Assembly (NCBI RefSeq): GCF_001194135.2
Contig: NC_068983.1
Location: forward strand, 8,070,767-8,106,617
Length of the DNA stretch: 35,851 nt
DNA from: Octopus bimaculoides
Taxonomy: Eukaryota
Direction of reading: 5' to 3'
Shown: one piece after another, positions 23,400 to 34,967 of the stretch
Layout: each line of letters opens with the position of its first letter
Numbering within the stretch: position 1 is the stretch's first letter
Position numbers and translations under genes: made by a program
Notes under the pieces: generated by a model
The model's database searches: none
The model's input: only the letters and a program-made list of their open reading frames with translations
What the model was told of the DNA's origin: nothing

Positions 23400-24150
23400 A
23401 GGTCATGTCTGACTTAAAGGCACCACCTAGTGAAGTCGTTTAATCATACATGGGGCGCAATGGCCCACTCTAGCAAAGAGCTATTATTGCTGGAGACATA
23501 TCGGGGTGTAGGAGGTTGGTCCGGGATTTTTTTAAAGAAATTTGCCCAGTGAACATTTGAATTTTATGGGACCCATTTCCGTTTTGATGTATTTTGGCAT
23601 GGTATTAAAGAGAGCTGGACCGGTTGAGGTAAAGTAATTGTAACGTAATGTTGCTATGTGTACCGAGTTCGATCTTTGTAGTGGGCGGATATCACGGGGG
23701 CGGGGGGTCAAATCTTGGATGGATTTTAAAATTGATGCCAACATCATTTCTGCAATATTGATTGAATATTTTTCACATGACATGAATAACGTAGCGCTCC
23801 CGGCGGCGTTGGAGTGAGTAGAGATTGAGTTTTTTTAGTCGACCTCAATAGTCAATACCTCTCATGCCGTCTATCTTTCTTGTTATTGACCTCTGGAGTG
23901 CTTCTATTTTCATAATGAGTTGCTTCGTATGGGGGGACCACAGTGGGCAACAGTAAGGTGGGGTCGGGAAAAAGCGGAGTAGAGAAGGATGATGGTGTAG
24001 GCATTTCTAGACCAGAAAGTTCTCAGAACTAAGAGCACATCTTGCGGGCCAAGTCAACCGTGCTGTCTACGTGGGAACTTAGACTGTTATCAACAATTAC
24101 TCCATGGGCTTTGGTGTTGTTGGATGACACTAGGAGGTCGCTCGAGGGAA
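23400..24150 (-). mobile_element. CR1/L2-group LINE 3' fragment
   Basis: Minus: QLIMKIEALQRSITRKIDGMRGIDY*GRLKKLNLYSLQRRRERY and GPALFNTMPKYIK...FKCSLGKFL, typical CR1/L2 ORF2 C-terminus. Confidence 0.8.
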
Positions 24151-24273
24151 AGGCATATGGTAATTTCAGAGTATGTGTGTGTGGATACATATATACAAAT
24201 ATACATACCTACGTGTGTATATATTTCTATGTCTATGTATGTATTTATACGTATATAAGTATGTATGTATGAA

Positions 24274-24319
<46 letters not shown>

Positions 24320-24383
24320 NNNNNNNNNNNNNNNNNNNNNNNNNNNNATATATATTTATATTTATCAATTTAACAGGTTCATC

Positions 24384-24444
24384 ATGAATTCTACATTCTT
24401 TCTCATCATCTTGGGAATATTAATGATGACTGCCCTGACCCAAG
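24384..24444 (+). CDS. Peptide gene copy 3, signal-peptide exon (MNSTFFLIILGILMMTALTQ+G)
   Basis: tttaacAG ends at 24376, ATG 24384, G|GTAAGA donor at 24445. 49/61 nt identical to copy 1. Confidence 0.88.
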
Positions 24445-25870
24445 GTAAGAAATATATTATGTCATTCGTTAAATAAGTTTTCGAACCTAGTCTAATGGCA
24501 CTTATGCGTAATTGTGAGTCCAAACATAATCTTGGTGCGGGACTTTTGAAACTGTCTGCAATCAAAGTTCCTTTGCTTAAATGCAAATTAATGCTGGTGG
24601 CATTGCGCATTTCATGACTCTTAAACATCATCATTCATTGCTTTATTGAACTTCAATAATTTTGTCTTTAATGGAATCTTTACTAATCAATCAATTCCTA
24701 CAGATCGAGCTCTCATTATCAATCTCAGTATCACATGTACAATACAATCCAACATAAACACTCAGTTTCTTTTACAGTCTTGAGTATTTCCTGATTCTCT
24801 GAGAATATTTACACAAATATAATCACAACAAATTTACTAGGTTACATGAATTTAACCAATATGTGTGTCTTTTATTCTAAGAAGAACAGCTTCACTGTCA
24901 TATACTATTGCCATCACATCTATCCAATATCAAAACTGATGTAATATGATTTATAACGATAGTTCTTTATTTCCATCTGCACTAATCTCCAGGACGATCT
25001 CCTACCTTTCAAGCAGTTCTAAATGAATAAGATCGCATGCATCACTGGGCACCATAAATGTTCTTGCAGATACAATCCAGATTAATGTCATCACTATGAT
25101 ATTTCTATCACAACTTCAGTTCCCGTATTAAACTGTTTGTGCAAAATATGTTAGAAATTTTAGCCTCTAGAATATACTCTCTTTTGTGTCTTCTCAGAAA
25201 CATCAAACGTTGGAATGTCCTCATTAAGATCTCGAGCCTACGTAGATGTACATTATTAAGGACGTCTCTTATAATCTTATAATTAAATTCTGATAAAACA
25301 AATAATTTTCTGAAAATGATGAACAAGCACTCAATAAGATTTTCTAAAATATTAATCGCTGTCTAAAAGAAGCCTCAGATACACCTGTCGTTGAGATAAA
25401 GTCATGTCTCAGTAAATTATTTGCCTAGCAGTAAATGTCTCTCGAGTATATAGTATATATGAATTTTATGACTACAGTACAGCGACTTAACATTTTTCCT
25501 AAATTCGTTCATTGATTTCATCGACAATCTAAAATAGATTAAAACAATTAGACAAACTGATTTGGGGTAGTCCATAATAGAAATATAATTATGAAGTTCA
25601 ATCTAGAAATAGATATGAATAATGGGCGAGAGGCATACGTAGGTATTTCGGAAATTCAAGAGAGAAAAAGAGAAACATGGGTTGACGGCAGACCATTGGA
25701 AACGGAGGCCACGTTGAAAGCTGACCTGTGTAATAGAAACAATGTAAATCAGGTTCAAAGAAAGTGATAAAGCAAATGAATATAGTAGCTTTAATATCAG
25801 TATAATGCATCTTTGCTTGATTTTTAAATATCGTAGAATGATACTAAGACAACTTCTTTTCTAATTTTAG

Positions 25871-25974
25871 GTGATGTAACAATTTGTGAAAATCAATGCA
25901 AGAAAGACCATCTGAAACCTGGAGATTCTCAAGATTTCCCAGATTATATGAAGTGTATTCTTCTGAAATGTTAA
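25871..25974 (+). CDS. Peptide gene copy 3, mature exon (GDVTICENQCKKDHLKPGDSQDFPDYMKCILLKC*); precursor 54 aa
   Basis: ttttctaattttAG ends at 25870. Open frame to TAA 25972-25974 with the C-x3-C-x18-C-x4-C framework. AATAAA at 26018. Confidence 0.88.
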
Positions 25975-26017
25975 TGGAGTATATTCGATCTTTCTAAATT
26001 GTGTACAGTATACATTA

Positions 26018-26023
26018 AATAAA
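26018..26023 (+). promoter_or_regulatory. Putative polyadenylation signal, copy 3
   Basis: AATAAA 43 nt after the stop; position conserved with copy 2. Confidence 0.55.
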
Positions 26024-27623
26024 ATCAGTATCGATATGCGATATTATAAGCAATGATTTTAAAGAGAACATATAAATAGACAAGAAACACTTGCATATCA
26101 GATGTGCTTATATCTTATCTGTATAAAATCCATGCTTATAATATCAAATATATCAAGTAATATGAAATCCTGGTTGATTTATAATTTTTTCATGGCGTCA
26201 TTTGGTTTCCATAAAATGTTTCTGATATAGGAAGCACTTCTATGTTGAACATTTGTCGAATTGTAAAGTTGTCAGTTGCTTAATTGATATATCAAGCAGT
26301 TTTTAAAAAATCTAATTAAAGTTAATGCCGGTATGAAAATCATGCTCTACATCAATATTTCTACAGAGTATAGGCAGTAGAAACAACTCTGAAATTTTTA
26401 TAGTCCTTAAGATTTGTTTCTACAACCTCTGCAGGGCGTAGTTTCACCTGTTGATGGCTACACTATTTGTATAATGTACGTGATTCACTGAATATGAAGT
26501 TGATTAAAATGAAAAAAATCACTATTGAAAAACATTTATTCATGCCAGACGACAAAGAAAAGCAATATATTAACGAACAGAACAATTTCTACGGAGCTTT
26601 AGTTGCTTCCAACTACAGGCATTTTATTACATATACAATTATCAATATAATCCAATAAAATTTAGTGTTGCCTACATGTGGGCCATATGGCCTACGCTTA
26701 TAACAATTGCTATTGATTTTCTATGAATATAGAGAAATATAAAATTTCTGTAAATAATCATAGAACGGGATCATAAATTAAAGAACTCAATAAAGACAAC
26801 ATTATACACTAGGGATCTATTATAGTGATGGTCTCTGCTTGGGCACGTCCTATGGATGTGAAACCACTTCAGCACTCCCTGTATCGTCTGGGATCACTTG
26901 TGTTCTAAACTATCGCCCTTAACTGGATTATTGGAACTTCGGCTAAGGTGATTAGACCTTGGATGGATACTGTTGTAGTTTACCGCTGCATTCTCCATGC
27001 AAGTAGGATGTGAACTCAGGTAGTAGGGCTTCGCAAAATATACCGTAAAGCATTTCTGCCGACGCGTCAACAGTTCTGTCACTCTCCCACCTGAAGAACA
27101 ACATGAAATAAAGTGTTTTGCTCAAAAGGACAAGGCATCGCCTAGACCGGGTATCGAACCGGTGAGAGTAACATCCCGATCATTGGCATCTGCGCATTCA
27201 CACTCTAGGGATATTTCTGCATAATAGCATATCAATAAAAGGTCGATGAATTAAAATAAAGATAAAATATCACTTCAATTACCAGAATAAAGTCGATAAA
27301 TTTATCTTTGATCCATATATCACTTAAAATAGCATATGATATAGCAATTAAAATAGCAGTTGTACATAGGCTACAATAACAGAATACAGGCATTAATTTT
27401 ATCTTCGACCCTTACAGTAATTTATAAAGCTGTTCAAATAACATATAACAAATAAAATAGCGGTTAAAAACGTAGTAGAAAGCCATTATTTTTGTCATTG
27501 ATCCTTGTAAGAGTAGAAATAGCAGAATAGAGTCGAAAGATATGTTAGTGGAAAATGTTTATATTACACCTGCGATAAAATTCCTCGTTAAATACATTAG
27601 CATAAAGATATATTCATCTGCTG

Positions 27624-27655
<32 letters not shown>

Positions 27656-28370
27656 TCTCTCTCTCTCTCACACGCACACACACACTCTCTCTCTCTCACA
27701 CACACATACACACACATGTGCATATATATAAACGTAGTAAAACCAATAAAAAGGTTTCAGTGAACTTGCCACAAGTATTGGAAAACCAACCTTTCGAGCA
27801 GTGTTTTCTTTGGGTTGATCTGTAACAATATTTGTTCTGTTAAAAGCACTCCACCACCAACATATCTGGTGAGGAACAGTAATGCGCAACTTATCAGACC
27901 AGAGAAAATAGGGAAACCTTATCTTTTTAACAAATGAAGAAATAAATCTCGTCTTAGATATCTATGAATTGGTTTCTGAATTAGGCAAAAGCCCACGAAA
28001 TTTTGGGGCGAGTGTTACTAGATACTAGCATCCCAATCACAAGATTGGCACTACAGGGTACGGACGGTATTTGAGGACACATGAATTTTTAGTCATTATA
28101 TTATTTGACTAATTTTTATTTCAGAAAATAAAAAGGATAGGCCCAAGCTTACTAATGAAATGAAAAGGTATGCCGCCATTGTGGCTTTGAAGGCTAAGCA
28201 TAATGGTTTAGAAATTTCGCGTTTTCTGAAAGTTGCTAGATTTTTTGTCCACAAGATTCGGAGTTAGAGAAAGAAGATGGAAGCGTATTATCCGTATCAA
28301 AACGTAAAAATCATTCCAAACGCCTTGATTCTATCAGGATACCTGAATTTATTCAGGAAATTAAGCAAAA

Positions 28371-28521
28371 CAGGAGTGGGTGTGTGGTATAGGTGCAGGC
28401 GTAGCTTTGTGGTGTAGGCGCAGGAATGGTTGTGTGGTATAGGTGCAGGAGTGGGTGTGTGGTATAGGTGCAGGAGTGGCTGTCTGGTATAGGCGCAGGA
28501 ATGCATGTGTGGTTATAGGCG
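28371..28521 (+). repeat. 25-bp minisatellite (6 copies) derived from the SINE A-box head
   Basis: Unit CAGGAGTGGSTGTGTGGTATAGGYG at 28371, 28396, 28421, 28446, 28471, 28496, running directly into the SINE at 28518. Confidence 0.9.
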
Positions 28522-28686
28522 CAGGGGTGGCTGTGTGGTAAGTAGCTTGCTTACCAACCACATGGTTCTGGGTGCAGCCCAACTGCCTGGCACCTTAGGC
28601 AAGTGTCTTCTACTATAGCTTCGGGCCGGCCAATCCTTGTGAATGGATTTGGTAGACGGAAACTGAAAGAAGTCTGTCGTGTATAT
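28518..28686 (+). mobile_element. tRNA-derived CORE-like SINE (family A), nested in the maT element
   Basis: Clearly homologous along its length to 10906-11069. Confidence 0.85.
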
Positions 28687-30019
28687 NNNNNNNNNNNNNN
28701 NNNNNNNNNNNNNNNNNNNNNNNNNNNNNNNNNNNNNNNNNNNNNNNNNNNNNNNNNNNNNNNNNNNNNNNNNNNNNNNNNNNNNNNNNNNNNNNNNNNN
28801 NNNNNNNNNNNNNNNNNNNNNNNNNNNNNNNNNNNNNNNNNNNNNNNNNNNNNNNNNNNNNNNNNNNNNNNNNNNNNNNNNNNNNNNNNNNNNNNNNNNN
28901 NNNNNNNNNNNNNNNNNNNNNNNNNNNNNNNNNNNNNNNNNNNNNNNNNNNNNNNNNNNNNNNNNNNNNNNCAGAAAAACCAATCAGAAATATTGCGCAT
29001 GAAGACATCAGATACAAATCTTATGTGATGAGGAGAGGTCAATTCATATAAAACACAAAACAAAACAATAGAAAATCGTTTAATTAGATCCAAAAGACTT
29101 TTGAACAAACTTAAAAATCCATCAGAAGATGGTGTGATTTGGTTTTTTTCAGATGAGAAAAAATCTTTGATCAGGACCAGAAAACTAACAGAAGAAATGA
29201 CAGATGGCTATGTGGATGTTGCTGCGTATATTGAGGTTCTGGAAAAGGTTCTTAAGTCTTGGATCAACAGTGTATGGAATGGAAAGCCTTATGTCTTTCA
29301 ACAAGATTCTGCACCATCACACAACGCTCAAATGACAGAAGAACGGATGGCCGACAACTTGCATGATCACACGACCCCCAACATTTGACCTCCGAATTCC
29401 CCAGATCTCAATCCACTGGACTACTATGTATAGACCATCGGTGAAAAAAATGTCAATGAACACCTCCATAGCAACCAAGGATTCTTTGAAAGCCGCCATA
29501 GTTCGAGTCATGTCCAATATGAACAAGGCCCACTTAATCCAAATTTGTAAACGATTACACGTAGAAGCAGTTTTTGATGCTTATGGTGGTTTTATTGAAT
29601 GAAATTATTAAATTGATAATTTAGCTTCATGTTTAAGTTATTTTTTAAAAATATACAGTTTTTTTCTGTTATTATACAAGCGTTTTGTTTTAAACCATAA
29701 ATCCATGCTCAAATACTGTCCGCACCCTGTATGCATTTCACAGGATAAAATGTAGACAATCTCGATGGTATATGAAACCATAAAGTAAAGAGTTTGAAGA
29801 AATGCAGCAAAGCATTTTGTCAGACGCTATAACAATTTCAATATATACAGCTAGAAGACATTTTTCAAATCATTTCAAAAATACAAATGCACACATAAAT
29901 CCAGGATATTCCAAGATTAATTCAACCTACTTTTTTCAAGTTTACCAAAGCAAAATATTGTTTTATATGGGGTCCCATCGTTGCAACGCAATAGTAAAGG
30001 AAACACAATTATGACACTA

Positions 30020-30745
30020 CCACGTTTATTCTATATGATAACCTTCGTTTCGAATCCATCCTCAAGTTTAGGTGCGAATGTCCATTCTTCGTCCAGTTTG
30101 CCTTTAGAGCGTCGAGCCAAGAATGAGGAGTGCTCGAGACCCATGTCTGCAAACTGAACGAAACAGAAGAATCCAACATATTGAGATGGGGACTTCATGA
30201 TGATCATACATCCTTGCCTATGAACGATGGAATGTTTTTCTGAATCCAGTGTTGTGCCTGTTTGGAGCTGTGTGATTGTACTCATTGAAAATGTTTATTC
30301 GATCATGGAAGCAATTCAGCTTCTAGAACGTCGGCTTATATTTGGTGTGGCAGCCAGTTTTCTGACGGGACGACCAGGATTTCACCGAATATTTTCTCTG
30401 GTACTTTTGATAAGCTAAGGGGTTCACATCTTTTTCGGCCATGTCAAGGTTGATCAGTTGTGGAACCAGTCTCTTGAAATTTTTTGACAATTTTCCAGAC
30501 TTTTGTTCGGTTAATTTTAAGCTTTTTTGCTATAGCTGTATTACTTTCGCTTCTTTTGTGGAGGGATATGACTGTATTTCGGTCTATAGACATGATCTAA
30601 TTTAAAAATCTGAATTTATTTAGTCTGAAACAAGAAGAAGACACACCAAATTTCATAATGATGTATAATGATGTATAATCTTATCACATTTATTGATAGT
30701 TATTAAAACCCGAAACATCGGTTGCCTTAATTTTGGGACACCCTG
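30020..30745 (-). mobile_element. Truncated Tc1/mariner (maT-like) element, 5' half
   Basis: Minus-strand start CAGGGTGTCCCAAAATT at 30745. Decayed NPGRPVRKLAATPNISRRS HTH-like peptide. No second TIR found. Confidence 0.5.
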
Positions 30746-33272
30746 CATATGCATATAGGATACCCTTAAACTTCTGACTGTATCTTCGTATATCTTTCAG
30801 TTGGTATAGACTAGTGGCTGTAACACCATTTGCCGATAACAAACACATTTTTTTCATTCTGCTAGAAGACAGTTTTCCTTAAAAAAAAAAAAAATGAAGA
30901 AAACGATCTACATCTAGTGTATCAAATACTTCCACTCTCGATGAAGACATATCCGAACTCCGCCCTTTTTTTTTTTCGTAAGAAAATATGTACCTCCATC
31001 ACTTTTCAATTGGAAAAATCCCCGTCAAAATGGAGAAAACCCAACTTATGTCTCCGTCCTGATACCAAATTCCGCCAAAATCTTTAGGCAATCTTTCGGA
31101 CGAAAAGATGCCATTTTTTCCTGTTATTTTTTTTGTGTGCGTGTGTATGTGATATCAACTAATCTGACCCCCGGAGAAGTCGTAAAGAACATTTTACCTA
31201 GAAAACGGAGGCGGTGGGGGTGGCTATAAATTTACCAATAACAATAGCGAGAAAAAGAAAGAAAACTCTAAAAATTCCGATTTATTTGTGACATCTATAC
31301 CGAAAGTTCACCCAATACTCATTGTCCGGAGTTTGCAAATGAATTTCTCTGAAAATTATTAATTTGAAATAAGTCATCCTGAAAGGGCCAAGATTTTGAC
31401 TGCTATATATAACTGGTCGAGTTACCATGTTAGAGTATCCCAACGTCTAAGCTTATCAGANNNNNNNNNNNNNNNNNNNNNNNNNNNNNNNNNNNNNNNN
31501 NNNNNNNNNNNNNNNNNNNNNNNNNNNNNNNNNNNNNNNNNNNNNNNNNNNNNNNNNNNNNNNNNNNNNNNNNNNNNNNNNNNNNNNNNNNNNNNNNNNN
31601 NNNNNNNNNNNNNNNNNNNNNNNNNNNNNNNNNNNNNNNNNNNNNNNNNNNNNNNNNNNNNNNNNNNNNNNNNNNNNNNNNNNNNNNNNNNNNNNNNNNN
31701 NNNNNNNNNNNNNNNNNNNNNNNNNNNNNNNNNNNNNNNNNNNNNNNNNNNNNNNNNNNNNNNNNNNNNNNNNNNNNNNNNNNNNNNNNNNNNNNNNNNN
31801 NNNNNNNNNNNNNNNNNNNNNNNNNNNNNNNNNNNNNNNNNNNNNNNNNNNNNNNNNNNNNNNNNNNNNNNNNNNNNNNNNNNNNNNNNNNNNNNNNNNN
31901 NNNNNNNNNNNNNNNNNNNNNNNNNNNNNNNNNNNNNNNNNNNNNNNNNNNNNNNNNNNNNNNNNNNNNNNNNNNNNNNNNNNNNNNNNNNNNNNNNNNN
32001 NNNNNNNNNNNNNNNNNNNNNNNNNNNNNNNNNNNNNNNNNNNNNNNNNNNNNNNNNNNNNNNNNNNNNNNNNNNNNNNNNNNNNNNNNNNNNNNNNNNN
32101 NNNNNNNNNNNNNNNNNNNNNNNNNNNNNNNNNNNNNNNNNNNNNNNNNNNNNNNNNNNNNNNNNNNNNNNNNNNNNNNNNNNNNNNNNNNNNNNNNNNN
32201 NNNNNNNNNNNNNNNNNNNNNNNNNNNNNNNNNNNNNNNNNNNNNNNNNNNNNNNNNNNNNNNNNNNNNATATCCTCAGTTGTGCGGGACGACAAACGGA
32301 TAACACCAGATGACGTTTTAGTTATCATACCATTAATACCTACTGCAATCTTAATAAATAATTGTTTATGGACAGGCAAAGAATTGAGAATATTATATGT
32401 ATTTTGAGTTAATGTGTCAATTGTGGAATCCTGCCTGATAATATAAATGATTGCTTGTAGTTGTTCAAATCATTGCACCACGAGTCCCCCATAAAAACAC
32501 AGGTCTTTGAAAATTCGTCTGCTATTTCGGAGAATTCTGTGAAACCGAAGTGATTCTCTTAAAAAGGCAGAAACTATAGGATCAGTTGTAAGTGCTGATT
32601 GCCCAACATCCTGTCAGGATATTAATAGGAGCGTATATGCGTCTACAAGGGTATAAAAATCGTGAAATATAAACAAAGGTATTACTACAGATGTGTATCC
32701 CTTCCCCGACTTTGCTGTCTCGTAACTAACTTCCAAAAAAAAAAAGGGGGGGGGGGAAAGCTTTAACGTGTTTTTAACTGTCAGACGCGTACACCATATA
32801 TCCGGTTGTGTGTTTTTATATTACTTATTTTTTTCAGATTTACATTGTCGACTAAGCCCTGAATAAAACGAAATTTTATTAGCAAGTATTGCGTGCTAAC
32901 ATATTCAGTTAAGTGTTTTTCTATGAATACTAATACAAACAGCTGTCACAAACAAACTTCATTCGGAAAGAGATACTACTTCTTCATTTCAATGGACGTG
33001 TAATTGTATGATTTCGGAGTAACTGTTATTGCCCTTATTCATTTTTCATTCTTTGGGTGAGATGTCACATTTACTGTGAACAAACTCGCTGTCTACAATT
33101 GTGAAGAAGAATTATGCCTTTACAAGAAGTCAAAAAAGCAGAACTAAACATTTTTTCTGCTGAACTAACGACTCTGTTATTTCGCAACAATACACATATG
33201 TGCGAAAACGCGTTTGCTTGCGTGAGTGTATGTATATATAAATACACACATGCACACACACGCGCGCACTCT

Positions 33273-33326
<54 letters not shown>

Positions 33327-33676
33327 NNNNNNNNNNNNNNNNNNNNNNNNNNNNNNNNNNNNNNNNNNNNNNNNNNNNNNNNNNNNNNNNNNNNNNNNNN
33401 NNNNNNNNNNNNNNNNNNNNNNNNNNNNNNNNNNNNNNNNNNNNNNNNNNNNNNNNNNNNNNNNNNNNNNNNNNNNNNNNNNNNNNNNNNNNNNNNNNNN
33501 NNNNNNNNNNNNNNNNNNNNNNNNNNNNNNNNNNNNNNNNNNNNNNNNNNNNNNNNNNNNNNNNNNNNNNNNNNNNNNNNNNNNNNNNNNNNNNNNNNNN
33601 NNNNNNNNNNNNNNNNNNNNNNNNNNNNNNNNNNNNNNNNNNNNNNNNNNNNNNNNNNNNNNNNNNNNNNNNNNNN

Positions 33677-33823
33677 CCCCAACTTTCTCTCACTCTTTCT
33701 TCCTGTTTCTTGAGTAACGCTGCGATGGACTGGCGTCCCGTCCAGCTGGGGGGGGGGGCACATACGCCATAGAAACCAGGAAACCGAGCCCATGAGCCTG
33801 GCTAGGCTTTAAAAGGGGCGCAT
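33677..33823 (+). mobile_element. SINE family B, 3' part (5' part in gap)
   Basis: Reverse-complement match to 9921-10060. Confidence 0.8.
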
Positions 33824-34599
33824 AAATAATATATAGACATATATAAACATATAAAGGTAAAAAGTAAAGGCCACCTTCGGTAATGAATGACGATGGAGGT
33901 TGCACCTAGAAAGTTACCCGCCGAGGCAAAAGTCGGTGTATGAGTGTTCCACTTTGTTTATATACCATAGGTTGTCAAGTCCAAAACGTTGCTTTGTCAG
34001 AAAACGTAAAAAATTGTTTCTGTATTCCATTTCTTTTTTACATTAGCAAGAAATTTCAGCTTAACAATAATACTTTGTTGGGGGCATAAAATCTTAACTC
34101 CATGCATGTATGATATTTCCAGTTGGAAATATTTTTTGCAACACTGTTGTATGTGGGACTTACTACAATTTTGAAAAATGCTAAACTTTTGTATTACACC
34201 TTGACAATTTTCATATGTCGGTATCTGAAGTAGCTGGAGATACGATAGTTTAACCCAAAGTACCGGCTATTGCAAGCAAAATTAAATATTGGAAAAAAAA
34301 CGCATTTGGCCAAATTCGGACATACGACAGTTTAACATAATAGCAACGTATATGTGTATGTGTGTGTGTGTGTGTGTACAGAAATAAGTATATATACATA
34401 TTTATTCACATGCCTGCACATAGTCGCACACATACATACGCACATACACTACATGAATACATTTGTGCGCGTGTGTGTGTCAGTGTGCTTGTATGTGTGT
34501 GTGCGTAGGCGTCTATATATGTTGTGTGCTGATTGACATTGCTGTTGCTGTTCTTGGTCTGTCTTATGGGTCCTTGCAGCCAATCCTAACGTCTAGGTT

Positions 34600-34967
34600 C
34601 TTCAGGGCGAGAATACACCCTGTCACCGAACTCCCCTCACTCGTGAGTTTATCGCTAAACAACATGCTATCGCTTCCGCACCCACTGTATTCCCCAGATT
34701 TAGCCCCTGCGGACTTTTATCTCGTCACCGAGACGAAAATGCAGCTCAAAAAGTCTCCGTTTTCGAGATCCAGAGCGAATCGCAGAAGGCCCTCGACTCG
34801 CTTGGGGAAACGACTTCCAAGCTGGATTCCAAAAGTGGCGGGGAACGCTGGGAGCGGTGTATTGCTGCAGAAGGCGACTATTTCGAAGGAGATGATGTTA
34901 AAGCTTAGGTTAATATTTTTGTTTTTATTAAACATAACAAGTCCGGGAACTTGTTGATAAGACTTCG
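34600..34967 (+). mobile_element. Mariner transposase C-terminal fragment with 3' TIR
   Basis: NNMLSLPHPLYSPDLAPADFYL, EIQSESQKALDSL and RWERCIAAEGDYFEGD. Ends GTCCGGGAACTTGTTGATAAGACTTCG|TA. Confidence 0.85.

Larger units (their letters stand above)
710..27990 (+). other. Tandem cluster of three paralogous small secreted 4-Cys peptide genes (2 intact, 1 disrupted)
   Basis: Three homologous cassettes at about 710-6105, 13097-17275 and 24377-27990. They share the signal exon, intron segments (e.g. 1200-1470 ~ 24630-24940; 4290-4450 ~ 15190-15356 ~ 25710-25870), the mature exon and the 3' flank. Confidence 0.9.
28054..29729 (+). mobile_element. Tc1/mariner DD37D (maT-type) transposon with both TIRs and TA TSD; defective
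   Basis: TA|CAGGGTACGGACGGTATTTGAG at 28054 and CTCAAATACTGTCCGCACCCTG|TA ending 29729. WFFSDEK, YVFQQDSAPSH and *PPNSPDLNPLDYYV with 37 residues between the second and third D. Stops, internal deletion and a nested SINE. Confidence 0.88.
7414..33676. other. Assembly gaps (N runs) starting near 7414, 11084, 17581, 21014, 23340, 24320, 28687, 31461 and 33327
   Basis: N runs, mostly flanked by (TA)n or SINE tails, typical of short-read scaffolds. Confidence 0.97.

Noticed and set aside
28371-28521. CRISPR-like array
   Set aside because: Head-to-tail repeats with no spacers, derived from the adjacent SINE, in eukaryotic DNA.
30750-32700. Coding-looking sequence around the 31461-32269 gap (possible transposase or integrase)
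   Set aside because: No diagnostic motif could be read with confidence, so it is left uncalled.
7261-33793. Long 130-390 aa ORFs in the track
   Set aside because: They are open only because they run through N gaps and (TA)n/(CA)n tracts.
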